Positions 25,485-38,479 of a stretch of 64,000 nucleotides of DNA are shown piece by piece. The DNA lies in assembly GCF_004010195.1 (NCBI RefSeq), contig NC_057720.1:32412378-32476377 (forward strand). The letters are read 5' to 3'. Source of the stretch: Chiloscyllium plagiosum (taxonomy: Eukaryota). The translations under genes and the position numbers were made by a program. Positions within the stretch are counted from its first letter, which is position 1. Each line of letters opens with the position of its first letter. The notes beneath the pieces were generated by a model. It saw nothing but the letters and a program-made list of their open reading frames with translations, was not told where the DNA came from and did no database searches.

Positions 25485-27249
25485 CTCATGTACCCAAGTC
25501 AATCAGAATCTATTGACTAGCAAAAAACCTTGATCTCAGGAATTTGAGCATACTGGTCTCATGACTTTCCATCCATCAACACTAATGGATGAAAAATCAA
25601 AATGATAATTCATGACTAGTTTCAAAATTTGTGCACAGGTGCATGACTTTGTACGATTACCTCTAAAATGTTAATTCTGGTTTTGAATAAATATAATTTT
25701 CTCATCTCTGTTGAGAGCCATGATATTTTTGCTTCTATGATCATGCTGATCAAATCAGCGACTGCTCTTTTTACTGGTTGGGGTTCCAGTTGCCTAGAAA
25801 CTGGAGCACTAGCCAAGGCTATGGTACCAATCTATGTTTCATGCTATGGTGCTGCTTGAAAACAGCATTTGAATAGCAACTTGGTTGAGGAGACCTGAAG
25901 TGGAATTGTTTTGTAAATTCTGCTATTTATTGGTCTAGCAGTGGTAAAGAAAATTCAAGACCATCTGATGGAAAGAAATTTAATTTAACATGTCATTCTT
26001 AAAAATTCTAATTATAGAATATAATATTCCTCTCTGAGATAGATGTCATTGAGCTGTGCCAGAGCTCCTCTGTCTGTGATCAGAAGTAAGAGATTACAAG
26101 ATTTTTAAACAATTTTTTTCAATCACACCATCCTTTGTTGGTTTCACCTGGTTTACAGTAGTGTTGAGAATCTCTTGTGAGGAATTAAAGTCATGGGCCT
26201 CAGTGCTATGCCAAATAAATATAAGGCATAAACAGTAAAAGAAGTTTCATTTGTTTGTCCAGCTGAGTGATAATGCTTGAACCAAAACGTTATGATGGAT
26301 AACTCAAGATTTCGTAAAGGAATTGCTGTAATTTTGTTATCTTTTAAGTGGTGGTCACTGATCTACCAAACATTTCTGTTCTAATAGTTTTCTATGTTTT
26401 TTTATTTGTATGCATGCTTTTATAGGATGATTTTCTGGATAAAGAAATGAGGAAAATATTTGGAACTAGATTTGTAACAGGAACTTCCTGTCCTTAGATG
26501 CATTAATCCCACATAAAAAGGGGAGGATGGGCTGTTTTTCAAAACTGTGGGTGGGCTTTGTGTATCTTTACACCAGAAGCATTGCTCAGCTGGACAAAAC
26601 AAACATTGACTATAGTAAGTAACCCGTCAGCCCACACACAGAGTTCAGCAATAGAGGATACACTGGAGTACAGTAGGTTGTAATTATAGGCAGAAGCTTC
26701 AGACAGACCTCCTGTTTTATTACAAGGCTATTCCTTCTATTTATTAAGATCACAGAATAGTTAAATATTTTATGGCGCTATCTAATTTGTACTTTTCAGT
26801 GAAATTGTTAGTTTATTGAGAACTTGAAAAGATCAGAAGGATTGATGTGTAATTATAGTTTTCACTGTTTCACTTGATACATTTCATGACAGTACTGCAG
26901 AAATATTGTACTTCTGTTAATGTTCAGTGTGATCTTGTTAATATAACAGTCTTTACAGAAGAGCCATTCATAGCTATCAGCATTTCAAAAGAGTGTACAA
27001 GATATTTATTTTGAGTATTCTCTTTTAAAGCACATTCTCCAAACAGTGTAGAAAACTGATTTCCCTCAGTGTTACTGATTTTATTTTGCATCTCTATATC
27101 TCTCTGTCTGTCTGCCTGTCTCTTTCTCTCTCTCTGTCTCTCTCTGGCTCCATCACTTATTGCCTGCAAAGCTTTCTGCTGATTTATCTCTAAACCACAG
27201 CATCTAAATATTTTGTGATTTCCTACTGTATATCTTGCATCAGAGCCCT

Positions 27250-27860
27250 ACTTAGGCCATTGAGTATAGGAGTTGGGACATCCTGTTGAAGTTGTACAGG
27301 ACTACTTTTGGAGTACTGCAAACAGTTCTGGTCACTCTGCTATAGGAACGATATTATTAAATTGGAGAGGGGTCAGAAAAGATTTACCAGAGTGATGCCA
27401 GGACTGGAGAGTTTGAGTTATAAGGAGAGGTTGGACATCTGGGACATTTTTTTTAACTGGAGCATAGGAGATTGAAGAGTGACCTTATAGAGGTTTAAAA
27501 AATCATGAGGGGCATAGATAAGGTAAATAGCTAAGGTCTTTTTTTTTCAGGGTAGAGGAGTTCAGAACTAGAGGCCATAATTTGAAAAGTGAGAAGAGAA
27601 AGATTTAAAAGGGACCCGAGGGTGAACTTTTCACACAGAGGGTGATTTGTATATGGAATGAACTGCCAGAGGAATTGGTAGATGCAGGTACAATTACAAT
27701 ATTTAAAAGACTTTTGGACAGGTACATGAATAGGAAAGATTTAGAGTGACATGGGCAAAACACAGGCAAGTGGGACTAGTTTAGTTTGGGATACTTCGTC
27801 AGCGTAGACAAGTTGGACCAAAGCATCTGTTTCTGTACTGCACTACTCTATGACTCTATC
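27250..27860 (+). mobile_element. CR1/HER1-like LINE 3' fragment
   Basis: gagtactgcaaacagttctggtc, gtgaccttatagaggttt, tggaatgaactgccagagg, and tail ctctatgactcta. Confidence 0.88.
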
Positions 27861-28740
27861 CATCAAAAGTGGCTTGTGCTTTCCATTGGTGCATATTGGC
27901 TTACACCAGGAGTTTATAAGACACTGACAAAACCTTTTGAAAGAATCTTCCCATAATTTCAATAGAAGACTGCCAGGTTAAAAAGCTTCCAAGAGTGGTT
28001 AACCTGTAGCACCATTAGCTACAATAGTGCAACTACGGTAGTACTAGTAGATTAGTCCGAAATCTGCCAATGTACCAGCTATGAAAGGGCTGTTTTGGTG
28101 AAAAATGTTCTTTGTTTTTTTCATTGATATAGCTGAGACCGCTCATTGTATACAAGAAGGAAACCCCTGTGTATGGCCAGATGTCATTCATACAAATCCC
28201 TGCTCTCTGAAGATTTGTTTCCATGTGTTGGCTTCCTAGGCAGGAAGCACTGATAGCCACTTGGAGAAATTTTCATTTTGATTAGTTGATACCTTCTTTC
28301 CATTAGAGTTAAAGTTTTACTTCTTTAAGACTAGCATTTGCTTCACGCAAACATGATCTGCAAGCTATTTGACATGGTAAATGTATCAGGTGATGAATTG
28401 CAAGATGCAGTGGTATCAAAACTTCATGCTGTGGTCACTTTTTTATTAGTGGAGACGTCCTTCTGCTTAATGTTATTTGTGTCTTATAATGCAAATGGCA
28501 CGAATCTTAGGGTCAGTCCTTCTTAAACAATATAACCTGGTAGATTTGAATGGGTTTTATAAATGTGGTTCCCAGCATGTACTGAAGATGGACAAAATAT
28601 CTCTTATTAACTTGGACACTAAAGCTGTTTTCCCTCAATGAATAATTCATTATCTTCAAAATCCCTGTTGTGATGCATGAGATTATAGACAAGCTCAGAT
28701 CTCCACATCCTTTTCAACAAATGTGCTTTTCTCCACACAG

Positions 28741-28889
28741 GTTGGCACTGACAGTATGATTGGTTACATGACTAAAGTGGCAGAGAAGACCTCTATCAAG
28801 CGGTCTGTCATCGGGGCCTTCTGTATAATCAAAGAGAAAGTAAAAATTGCCAATTCCATAATCATGCATAATGTCACTATTGAGGAAGG
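28741..28889 (+). CDS. EIF2B3: eIF2B gamma subunit, internal coding exon (149 bp; probably exon 10), left-handed beta-helix repeats
   Basis: Acceptor ttttctccacacAG, donor GTgagt at 28890. Encodes VGTDSMIGYMTKVAEKTSIKRSVIGAFCIIKEKVKIANSIIMHNVTIEEG with hexapeptide repeats. Confidence 0.96.
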
Positions 28890-30444
28890 GTGAGTAAAGT
28901 CGCACTGGTACAAAGAAAAATATCAATACTATTCTTTCCAAATACCATGGTCTACTTGTTATCGTACTATGGAGTGTGTCACAAATCTAGTCTGAGTAAA
29001 ATTAATTGCTCCAATCCTGCACCAAAACTACTTTGCCATCCTCTGGGTAAACAGCACATGTTGCTATATGTCTTGACTTTTGTTATAATTAAACTACCAG
29101 TGCTGAGGGTATGAGCATTTTGCACTCTTGTCCTGTGTGATGGTTGTGGGGGTTAAAAAGATTGGGACTGTCATAATATTCAGCCACACCACCAATCCTT
29201 GCAAACCTCCACAAAGCTCCCTTGAAGCACACTGCCATTTGGCACAATGTACGCACCACACTCCTTGCTTAAAACCCTGACTAATGCTCTATCAGACCAA
29301 ACTGAATCTCTATCTAATAATTAGGCATTTTTAAGAAGAAAATTGACCGCAATTGTTTTCTTTAAACCATAGATAACTATGGCTAGATCTCCTGGAAGAA
29401 AGGAAATCCAAAATGTGAAAAAAAAACTCCTAAAGTAGTAACGTGCCAAATTGTATTTGGTAAAACAGCAATTATTTGTTTCAAGATGAATACAATAAAA
29501 TGCAGATGCTATGTTCATTGCAGAATTTAAAATAGTAGTACAAAAGAATGTATCAAAAATCGAAGCTTTTAGTGAGTGAGGAAGCATGGCTACATGCAAC
29601 CTGGTATGATCTTGTGGAAATCGTTTTTCTCCATCTTGTTTTCAGGCTTTTGGATAACTCTGCTTTGCAGCAGCTACCCTCATCATATGAGTAAAAAGTA
29701 CATCTATAGCCTTAGTTCTAAGCTGATATCCCCTGCACATTGGATATAAGTGCATCCTTTCATAGTTCATAGGTTTATAATTTGTGGTTATTTTGAAGCT
29801 GTTAGCTTTTATCCCTCTGGGGCAATTTTTTAAAATTCCTGGCTAGTTTTTGATAGTTTTCTTTGTTATTAAGTAACTTTGCAATGTATGTTCATCTGTG
29901 ATTATGATTTTAAAAAGTAGAAAAACAACAACTGATTGTAGAAATGACAGGAAAGTATGATTAAAAGGGTCTGAGAGAATAAGCTATCATTTAGAACAAT
30001 ACTGCAAATTGTTCTAGGGTATGTTGATTCAACACAATCATAATTACGCAATTCTTCCATAAAATTAATTTCTGTCAGGTTGGTGCTATGTAATTAAAAC
30101 AGCAAACAATAAAAATTATTTTGTTAGGAGCTTCCATCTCATTGAGGTGGCATCAGGTCAATCCCTATGAAAACTCTTGTTTACATATTGATGTGACAAA
30201 TTTCACCCCAACAGTTGACACAATCTACAACATGCTTCAATGATCAACAAGGTTTAAATAAAAGAACCTTAAAATTCTGAAGGAAAAGTGATAACTCCCT
30301 TATCTCCTAATGTTAAAAGATGTTTCTAAAAAAACTTCCAAGACGAGATGTGGATTTACATTTTTGACATTACTTCTTTAGGCCATACCCCATCTGTGTA
30401 CAAAGTTATGTTGAAATCTGCCCATTAGCTTTTAAGACTTTGAA

Positions 30445-31262
30445 TGTTGCTGAGAAAAAATGCATTTTGTTGAGGTTTTTCATCTTGCGTTCATTAGTAC
30501 AATTTGCAAGAATGTCAATTCAAGGGGAAAACCAACATACTGCATGATGGGAAGGTGGGTGGAACACGGATTTGGATTGGTGGAAGTGTTGCAGTGCACA
30601 AAGTAATAGTGATTGATAGTTAACTACCAGGCTTGTTTAAATTTTAAGCTAAGCATGTCAACGCTGGTTTGGTTAGGGCATCAAAACAGCTGCAGTGATA
30701 TGGTGTTTGCAACAAGCAGGTTTTGACTGCACCCAATGTGCCCACATTTGCAAAACCCACAACAGTATCTAACATTGGATGTGATTCTGTTCTGCAATTA
30801 GGCAACACTTGTTGGATAGTTCTGTGCATACAAGCAATTAAACCGACAGCCAATTTAGAATTGTCTGTTGACCTTACAGTGTAGTTCACTTACGGATACT
30901 GGAAGCTACATATATTGAGCCGCAGATTCCTATTCTTTGCAGACTGAAGGAACTTGTAAATATACTGTACATATTTCAACTGAACAAAACAGGTCACACC
31001 CAATTTGCTGTTTTTTTCTCAGGGCAACCTGACTAATTAGAGTCACATTGCCTATTTAAACTTAAACATACCTAGTGGAGCTAACTGTCAATCATCATTA
31101 TTTTTGCATTCCCCATGGCAAAGCCCCTCCCAATATCACACTCCTTTCATGTCGTATAAGTATTGATTTTCTGCTTGAGTTGGTATTCTTACGAATTGAT
31201 TTGATGAGCACAAGCCGAAAATGTTCTAGAAAGTATGTCTTCTCTCAAAAATTATTAAGTTC
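30445..31262 (+). mobile_element. Old Penelope-like element (family D): GIY-YIG C-terminus plus pLTR, with inverted pLTR upstream
   Basis: About 30885 translates VHLRILEATYIEPQIPILCRLKELV and about 30790 SAIRQHLLDS. 30445-30650 is inverted relative to about 31050-31262 (tttaaatttt/tttaaactt, gatagttaactac/gctaactgtc). Remnant TTGATGA...GAAAA at 31201-31221. Confidence 0.65.
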
Positions 31263-31297
31263 AGTGCTACTGAGGGGCTATTTTTATGAAATATATA

Positions 31298-31632
31298 CAG
31301 CACAACCTCAATTATCCAATTCCGAATTTCAGATTATCTGAACAAGATCTCAAGGTCCGGTAAAAATGGCATTAGGCAACTCAGCATTTGATTAAACAGC
31401 ATTATGGCGTACATGCCAGATAATCGAGAAATGTTCGGTAACTGACACTCAAATTACCTCTTGTTTACGACAGATCAGTTATCGGTTAAGTGGCATTTTG
31501 ACGTGCATTGCCGGATAACCGAGAAATGTTTGGATAACTGGCACTCATAAATTACTGCTTGTTTACGATCTGATCGATTATCCGAACAAAATAGTCCCCA
31601 CCCGTCTCATTCGAATAATCGAGGTTCTACTG
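31298..31632. mobile_element. Tigger/pogo-like MITE (non-autonomous DNA transposon)
   Basis: Left TA-cagcacaacctcaattatcc versus reverse-complemented right end cagtagaacctcgattattc (16/20 match). Internal imperfect direct repeat at about 31416-31476 and 31511-31576. Confidence 0.75.
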
Positions 31633-32789
31633 AACTGACTAACAGTGGGCAAAAACGTTACCTCTTCCTAGTCTCAGTAACAGAGGCAATAATCAAATTT
31701 CATGGAATAAATGGAACATTCAGTCTGAAATGTCCTTTTGTAGCTCTAAAGGAGAAGGAATATTAAAGATGTCTTGATTCATTTATGTTTATCACATTGG
31801 TGATGCTCATATTATCTTTGCTCTTGCCACATCGAAGATATTCTAAGTTTCAGCAAGACCCAAGCAGACTGAATAGTTTCTGTACAGATTCTGAAACCAT
31901 ATATGTCCATACTGTATGTTAGGAGTTTGTCTTCCAGTTTTAGGTGGAAGGGGTTCATTTTTAAAGAAAGTTTTTTTGAAAAAGACATTTTTGCCCCTGA
32001 GAAATGTGGGTGATTTCATTCTACTAGTTCAGAAGTATTAGAAAATAAATGTGATTAGGCCTCAAAAGCAAAGTTCAGTATCTTCCATCTTAGCCAATGG
32101 TTATAGATAACGGTCAGAAAATAATCAGATTGTTGATGGATAATTCTGTGACTTTTTAAAAAAAAAGGAAAGCAGCTTTTTTTTCCTTCCACTATTAAAG
32201 ATAAAACAATTTATGGTAACAATAGTCAAATCCATCCCACCGCTGCTTTTTCCAACATTCACTTAGATTATTTAGTCAACTCTTCTCCAGATTCTATTAG
32301 TAGCATCTTTCACAAGCTAAGAATATACCTATGATTTCCCCAGCCACTGGTGAACTTTTGAAATAAAAGTCGAACATTTTGCCGAATACTCAGAAGCTCT
32401 CCCTATGAAGCAATATTCATAGGGAGAAAAGTAAAGATGCTGCTTGCCCTGTTCACTGTCTCCCAGTAGTTTTTCTTTATCTTTAAAATATCCTACAATT
32501 GCAGTATTTTTATATTGTGTATTGATTTGTGGCCCTGTGCTCATCAAAACAATTATAAAGAATGCCAAATTTTAAGCAATCATAGCAACTTATACTGCAG
32601 AGTTAAGGGTGACGATTGGTCAGGAAGTAGAGTCTGATTAGTCAAGGTATTTTATTGTAGAAAGCAACAAGAAACTAGTTGATTATATTCCTTTAGTTTA
32701 CAAAAAATTGGTCCAATGTATGAATGAATATTTCTTCAACCAAGCATATTAAGCCACAATACTAGCTTGGCTGGTTATCATAAATTGGT

Positions 32790-33763
32790 AGGAGAAAGTG
32801 AGAACTGCAGATGCTGAAGATCAGTGTCAAAAGGTGTGAGGGAAAACCACAGCAGATCAGACGGCATCTGAGGAGCAGATAGGTGGGAAGGAAGATGGAC
32901 AGGTAGGACAGTTCAAGAGGGCGGTGCCAAGTTGGGAGGTTGGATCTGGGATAAGGTGGGGGGAAAGGAGATGAGGAAACTGGTGAAACTGATATTGATG
33001 CCATGTGGTTGGAGGGTCGCAAGGCGAAAGATGAGGTGTTACTCCTCCACGCATCTGGTGGCTTGGATTTGGCAGAGGAGGCGGCATAGAACTTGTGTGT
33101 CTTTGGCGGAGTGGGAGGGGGAGTTGAAGTGGTCGGCCACAGAACAGGTGGGGTTGTTTGGTGCGTGTGTCCCAGAGATGTTCTCTGAAACGTTCCGCAA
33201 GTTGGTATTTTGTCTCCCCCATGTAGAGGAGACCACATCAAGAGCAATGGACACAGTAGATGAGGTGTTTGGATGTGCAGGAAAATCCCTGCTGGATGTG
33301 GAAGATCCTTTGGGGTCTTGGATGGAAGTGACGGGGAGGTAAGGGCGCAGGCTTTATAGCTCTTGTGATGGCAAGGGAAGGTGCCAGGTGTGGAGGGTGG
33401 GTTTATGGGGACGAATGCACCTAACGGGGGAGTTGCGGAGGGAATGGTCTCTGCGGAATGCTTATAGAGGTGGGGAGGAAAATATATCTCTGTTGTGGGG
33501 TCTGACAGTGGTAGAAATGGCGAAGGATGATGCGTTTTGTCCAGAGATTGATGGGGTGGAAGGTGAGGACGGTGGGGGAGGTATCTATCCTTGTTGCAAT
33601 TGGAGGGGTGGAGTTCAGGGACGGAGGTTTGGGAAGTGGAGGAGAAGCGCTGAAGGGCATTGCTGACTACATGGGAGGGAAGATTGCGGTCCTTGAAGTA
33701 GGAAGCCATCTGGGATATTCTGGAGTGGACTTGCAGTGCTTTTCCAGCGCCACACTGTTTGAC
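32790..33763 (-). mobile_element. Penelope-like element (family A) with GIY-YIG endonuclease remnant
   Basis: ORF 32857..33222 starts GETKYQLAERFREHL (the YIGET..L.ERFREH motif). Other frames give VLTFHPINL..KRIILRHF and VADHFNSPSHS. Short inverted pLTR tail at about 33735-33763. Confidence 0.9.
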
Positions 33764-35916
33764 TATCATAAAATGATCATTAGTGTATTTTTTAGGACAG
33801 TTAGAATTATTCAGCAAGTGTTGCCCAGTTGGGGAACTACATCTAGATTTTTCTTGTGGGTTTGCTATGTGTGGACTGATTGAGTGCATTCTAATCTGCT
33901 AGAGATATTCTATGGCTCCAGTGTTTACTATTTACAGGATGTACTGCAGCAATTCACTGAAGCTTCTCAAATTTGTGATCCCAAACACTTAGAGTAAGAT
34001 CAGCATGCACATAAAAATGTAAATCACATGCAAGTTCCCTTCCAAGTCTGATTTGGATATATATTGACATTTCTTCATTGTCACTGAGTTAGAACTCTAG
34101 AGTTTTCTGCCTAACAATTTGAACATGTCTACTTTTATTATGTAGTTACCTAGTCTTTAAGATTTTCAATATTGATATCTCAAGCTCTGTTCTCTTTACC
34201 GGAGAAGTAATTGAGAAGCAACTTCAGAAAGTTACATTTTTTACTTAAGTTGGTGTCGATCAGATCTTTGCAAGTATAATTTGAGAGAGAGCAAAACCAT
34301 GTATTTAAAATAAATGCACAATAACATGTTATAATTTAGAGAACACTTTGTCTTTTAAGTATACTCACTTATTCAGATGGTTGATTGCTCTGATATGTTA
34401 TTCGAAAAGAACTTTGCACACTATCAGTGTCAAAAGTACAAAGAACACTTCCTGTAGTGTGCTGCAGTTTAATATCATAATTACACCTTCTGCACTAGGC
34501 CACCCACAGCCATAATTGCTGTTTAAAAGGAGGATCAATAAACAATGTGTAACTTGCAAAGAGTCATGCAAGCCTGCTTGGCTGTATTCAAAGAGAAGTC
34601 TCCACTGTGGCTGTATTTGATCACAAAGCTCTGATATAACCCTGAGCTAACATGTTTAAAGAAATGCTTAGATCTCTAATTAATTCAAATTACCTCATTG
34701 AAGTGCACCTTTTTTGTCTGAAGTCTGAACAGACTTTACCAGAAAAAGATCAGAAAAGGAAATTACATTTTTAAGTTGTAAATAGCACGCAATTCTTTTA
34801 AATTCCATGTTGCTTTCTGCTGCTATCTATTTCATATTTTAGTCTTAATTTCACTGCCTTGTATTTTCTAATTTAATATATTTTCACTACTAGAGAATTA
34901 AAAATCATAAAATGCTTCAAAACTTATTGATTTGTCCACGAGATTGACAGTCCACACAGGCACTTCATTCTTTCAGCTGACCCTACTATCACAGAAATGT
35001 TACAGAATAGAAAGAGTGCTGTGATGCTGGTATAACATTGTCCTAATATAAATTAATTGAGAAATCTGAGGTAGTTGGACTCCATATGTGTTCCATATTG
35101 TTTTTTATGGCCCAAATTACCTTTTACACCTCATCTTGGGATAGTGCCACTCCATATTTCTATAACCTCTCAACTGTCACTGTTGGCATAAGTGGCCCTG
35201 CTCTCAGAGGTTAGGACAGGATTAGCAGGAGATGTAGTCTTACGTAAAGCTTTTCTAGTAATGTTCTTAGCACAGTTGGGTTTCCAGTCAGTCTCTCATC
35301 CCCATTTCTGCTGCCCTCATTAGTCCAAAATCAATCTTTTTCACATTCTGTTTGGTTGGGTGAGCTACATACAACACATACTCTAACTTGTCTCATACTT
35401 ACTGTGTATCTTGTCTATATGAAAGCATCCTGCATGCACCTAATTCATCTCACTGATTTTACTTAATTTCTACCCACAGTGCAATCTTTCAGTAATTTAT
35501 GTAGAGAAAAGCAATATATAGTGAGATGAGAATAATTGATTCTAGTGCTTTAGGAGCTTTTGTATTGAGTTCTGTATGCTTTGTATCTTGACCTTATTTT
35601 AACAATTGCAATATTACAATTATAATATCCTTTTATTAGCACTTGTATTCCATTGTAGGAGTACAGTGAAAAGCTTTTATAACATCTGCCTACTTACGGC
35701 GACGTCTTAGGTACGAGTACCTAGATGCAATTCTTGGATACAGCAGAGGAATAAATGTAGTTGCGTTACTTACAGAATTGAAAAATAAGTTAAAAATGGG
35801 ACATCATTAAAGTGTTGACATTACAATAAGGAAAGAAATTTCAAACAGACATTGCAGTACAACATCTTTGCACAGGGCTTCCATACGTGGTCTGTCTGTC
35901 TGTCTGTGCCAGATAG

Positions 35917-36048
35917 TCATTCCTGATGAAGGGCTTTAACCCGAAATGTCAATTCTCCTACTCTTTGGATGCTGCCTCACTGGCTGTGCTTTTCCAGCAC
36001 CACACACTCGACTCTGATCTCCAGGATCTGCAATCCTCACTTTCTCCA
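35917..36048 (+). mobile_element. Family A pLTR beginning at the hammerhead
   Basis: CTGATGA (35923)-gggctttaaccc-GAAAtGTC, then the standard tail ending cactttctcc. Confidence 0.8.
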
Positions 36049-37011
36049 TATACTCCAGACCCCAGTTGAATAGCCCGGCCTGCTCCACTCCAAGCTCCAG
36101 ACTGCTCCGTACCGGCACTCAGCTGCTCCAAGGTAAATGTCAGGACTGCCTCCCCCATGCCGGTTTCCAGCCGGGTCTTGCTGCCTGTACACTGTACCAA
36201 GGCTGCTTCCTCACATCCTGCTCTGAGGCTGCTTCCCTGCGCTACTCTGGAGCTTGCAGCCCACGAGCTGTACCAGGGCTCACAGCCCATGCTATTCTGG
36301 GGTTCACAGTCCACAAGCTGTACCAGGCTGCTCTACTTATGCTGTTCCAGGGCATGCTGCTCACGCTGTTCTGAGGCTTGTGGATCATGGCTAGATTTCC
36401 TTTCATTATTTTTCTAGTGGGAAGAGTGCTGTTATACAAGTTGTCTCTGAGCGAAAGAGCAGGTCTTAGTTGTGTTCTGCTGTAGAAATTTAAAAGACGT
36501 CTTTTGTTCATGGAGGTCTTTCCTTCTATGGCATTAGTTATGAGAGGAAATAATTATTATTTCTTATCTTTCTTGCTGGACATTGGACCTTTCGTTCTGT
36601 TGAGTTTATCTGACTTACTAGAACATTTTTGAAAAGACTAAACCAATTGAACAACTAACTTTAAAAACTATGAAATCTCTATCTTTTGACACTGCAATCA
36701 CACATTCACTCAGAAAATAACTACAGAGGAATTTAGCATTCATGAATAGGTGTGAGAAACTTTTGTTTAGAAAAAAATGATTTTTTTTCCATTCGCCTAT
36801 TTTTCTCACTTACTCCCTCACTCCCCTCCCTCATCTTTTTTGTCATCTTTCCTCACCTTCACCTTTTGTCATTTCTCAAAAATTATTAATTTGATCTTCT
36901 CACTCTCTATCAATGTTTTGCTCTTTGAATAATTTTTCTGCCTGTTTCATTGATCATTACATACCTAATAAACAGTTCTGCATGTAATCAAATGTTTGAA
37001 CCTGTAATTTT

Positions 37012-37205
37012 ACTCAGCGAATCGTGAGTTCATGGAATGCCCTGCCAGTAGCAGTGGTGGACTCTCCCTCTTTATGGACATTTAAACAGGCATTGGATAG
37101 ACATATGGAGGATAGTGGGCTAGGGTAGGTTAGGTGGGCTTGGATCGGCGCAACATCGAGGGCCAAAGGGCCTGTACTGCGCTGTATTTTTCTATGTTCT
37201 ATGTA
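37012..37205 (+). mobile_element. CR1 LINE extreme 3' end
   Basis: actcagcgaatcgtgagttcatggaatgccctgcc...ttctatgttctatg; same family as 54730-55168. Confidence 0.8.
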
Positions 37206-38111
37206 ATGATTGTTAAAAGGAACGATATATGGGAGAATTTCCCAAAACACAAAAATTTGAAATGGGAAAACATTGAGGTTCTTCTCACCTTACTATGAAG
37301 TTAATAAAGGGAAAAAAACAAACTTAAGTTTAGGTAACACTTTTCCTAACCTCAGACTGTCTTCAAACACTTTACAACTAATTAAGTGCTGTCGTTGTTA
37401 TGATGTATAAATCGAAACTGACTATTTTTAACCATGTTTGTTCAATCTTGCACAGTTTTTAAATTGACTAATGCGTGAGAGATCAAGGTTGTTATCACCC
37501 GTTTTCAGTAAACAATTAAGGAACATAGGAATGTACAGGATTAAAAAAACAATTGAGATAGACACTCCTTGTTGATGTTGATGAGTGTACCTTTGTGTTT
37601 AGTTACATATAGAAATGAATGATGTATGGAGTAAATGGAACATTATGATATAATATTCACATTCTAACTGCCTTATTCCGTTGCCTGCAAATGATGAAAT
37701 CTCCTCTCGCAAATACATTATTGCTAATTGTGGACTGAATTATTGAGAACCGTGTTCCCCACCACTCCAGGTCCAGCTAAAAAAATCAGGAATCGAAGTA
37801 CCTTACGGACATTTAAGAGCTACCAGGGTATTGATTGGCTGGGGACGGGCACCTGCTTGTACTGCACTTGGGGAATGAGGAGACTAGCTGCAGTGGATCA
37901 AACATTTGTATGTTATTGGGTTCAGTGAGGAGGCTAGGAACTAGTGTTTGAGAGAATGTGGGGTGGGGTAGCCTTGGGGAAGTTGACCTTGGCAGGGACT
38001 CTCTGATGGGCCCAAAGGACCATTAAGATAGTCCCATCTTCCCCTAGGCAACAATCTGCACAGAGCAACCTGCTAGGCTGTTCACCTGATATGCACTTCT
38101 TTCCTCTTTTT

Positions 38112-38184
38112 TCACTCTCTTGCTTTCTCTCACTCACTCACTCACTCTCTCAGTCTCTCTCCTTTCCTTCTCTCTCTCTCTCTC
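38112..38184. repeat. CT/CTCA-rich simple repeat
   Basis: ctcactcactcactc...tctctctctctctc. Confidence 0.8.
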
Positions 38185-38479
38185 GTTTACCCATTCCACT
38201 GCTGTTGTCAGTTAAATACTAGTACTGGCATGCTGGAACTCTTCAGTAATCATTCATTGCCCCATGATCTGGCTTCAGTTCCCCTACTGACAGAAAGACT
38301 GCCTGACGGCATCATTGCAGGGTTGGGTGGGGAGGTAATAGGAAAGCTGTCTGCTTGTTTTAATATGCCCCCCAAACTTCAAATCTATCAGTGAGAGAAC
38401 TTAGTCCTTCATTGAGTTGATTGCCTTTATAATATTGGAATCCAATAAATGCCATTGGGGAAGGAATCTCTCTTAGACC

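Noticed and set aside
32762..33889. 375-aa minus-strand ORF as a novel gene
   Set aside because: It is a frameshifted read-through across nested Penelope remnants, with the real motifs scattered over several frames.
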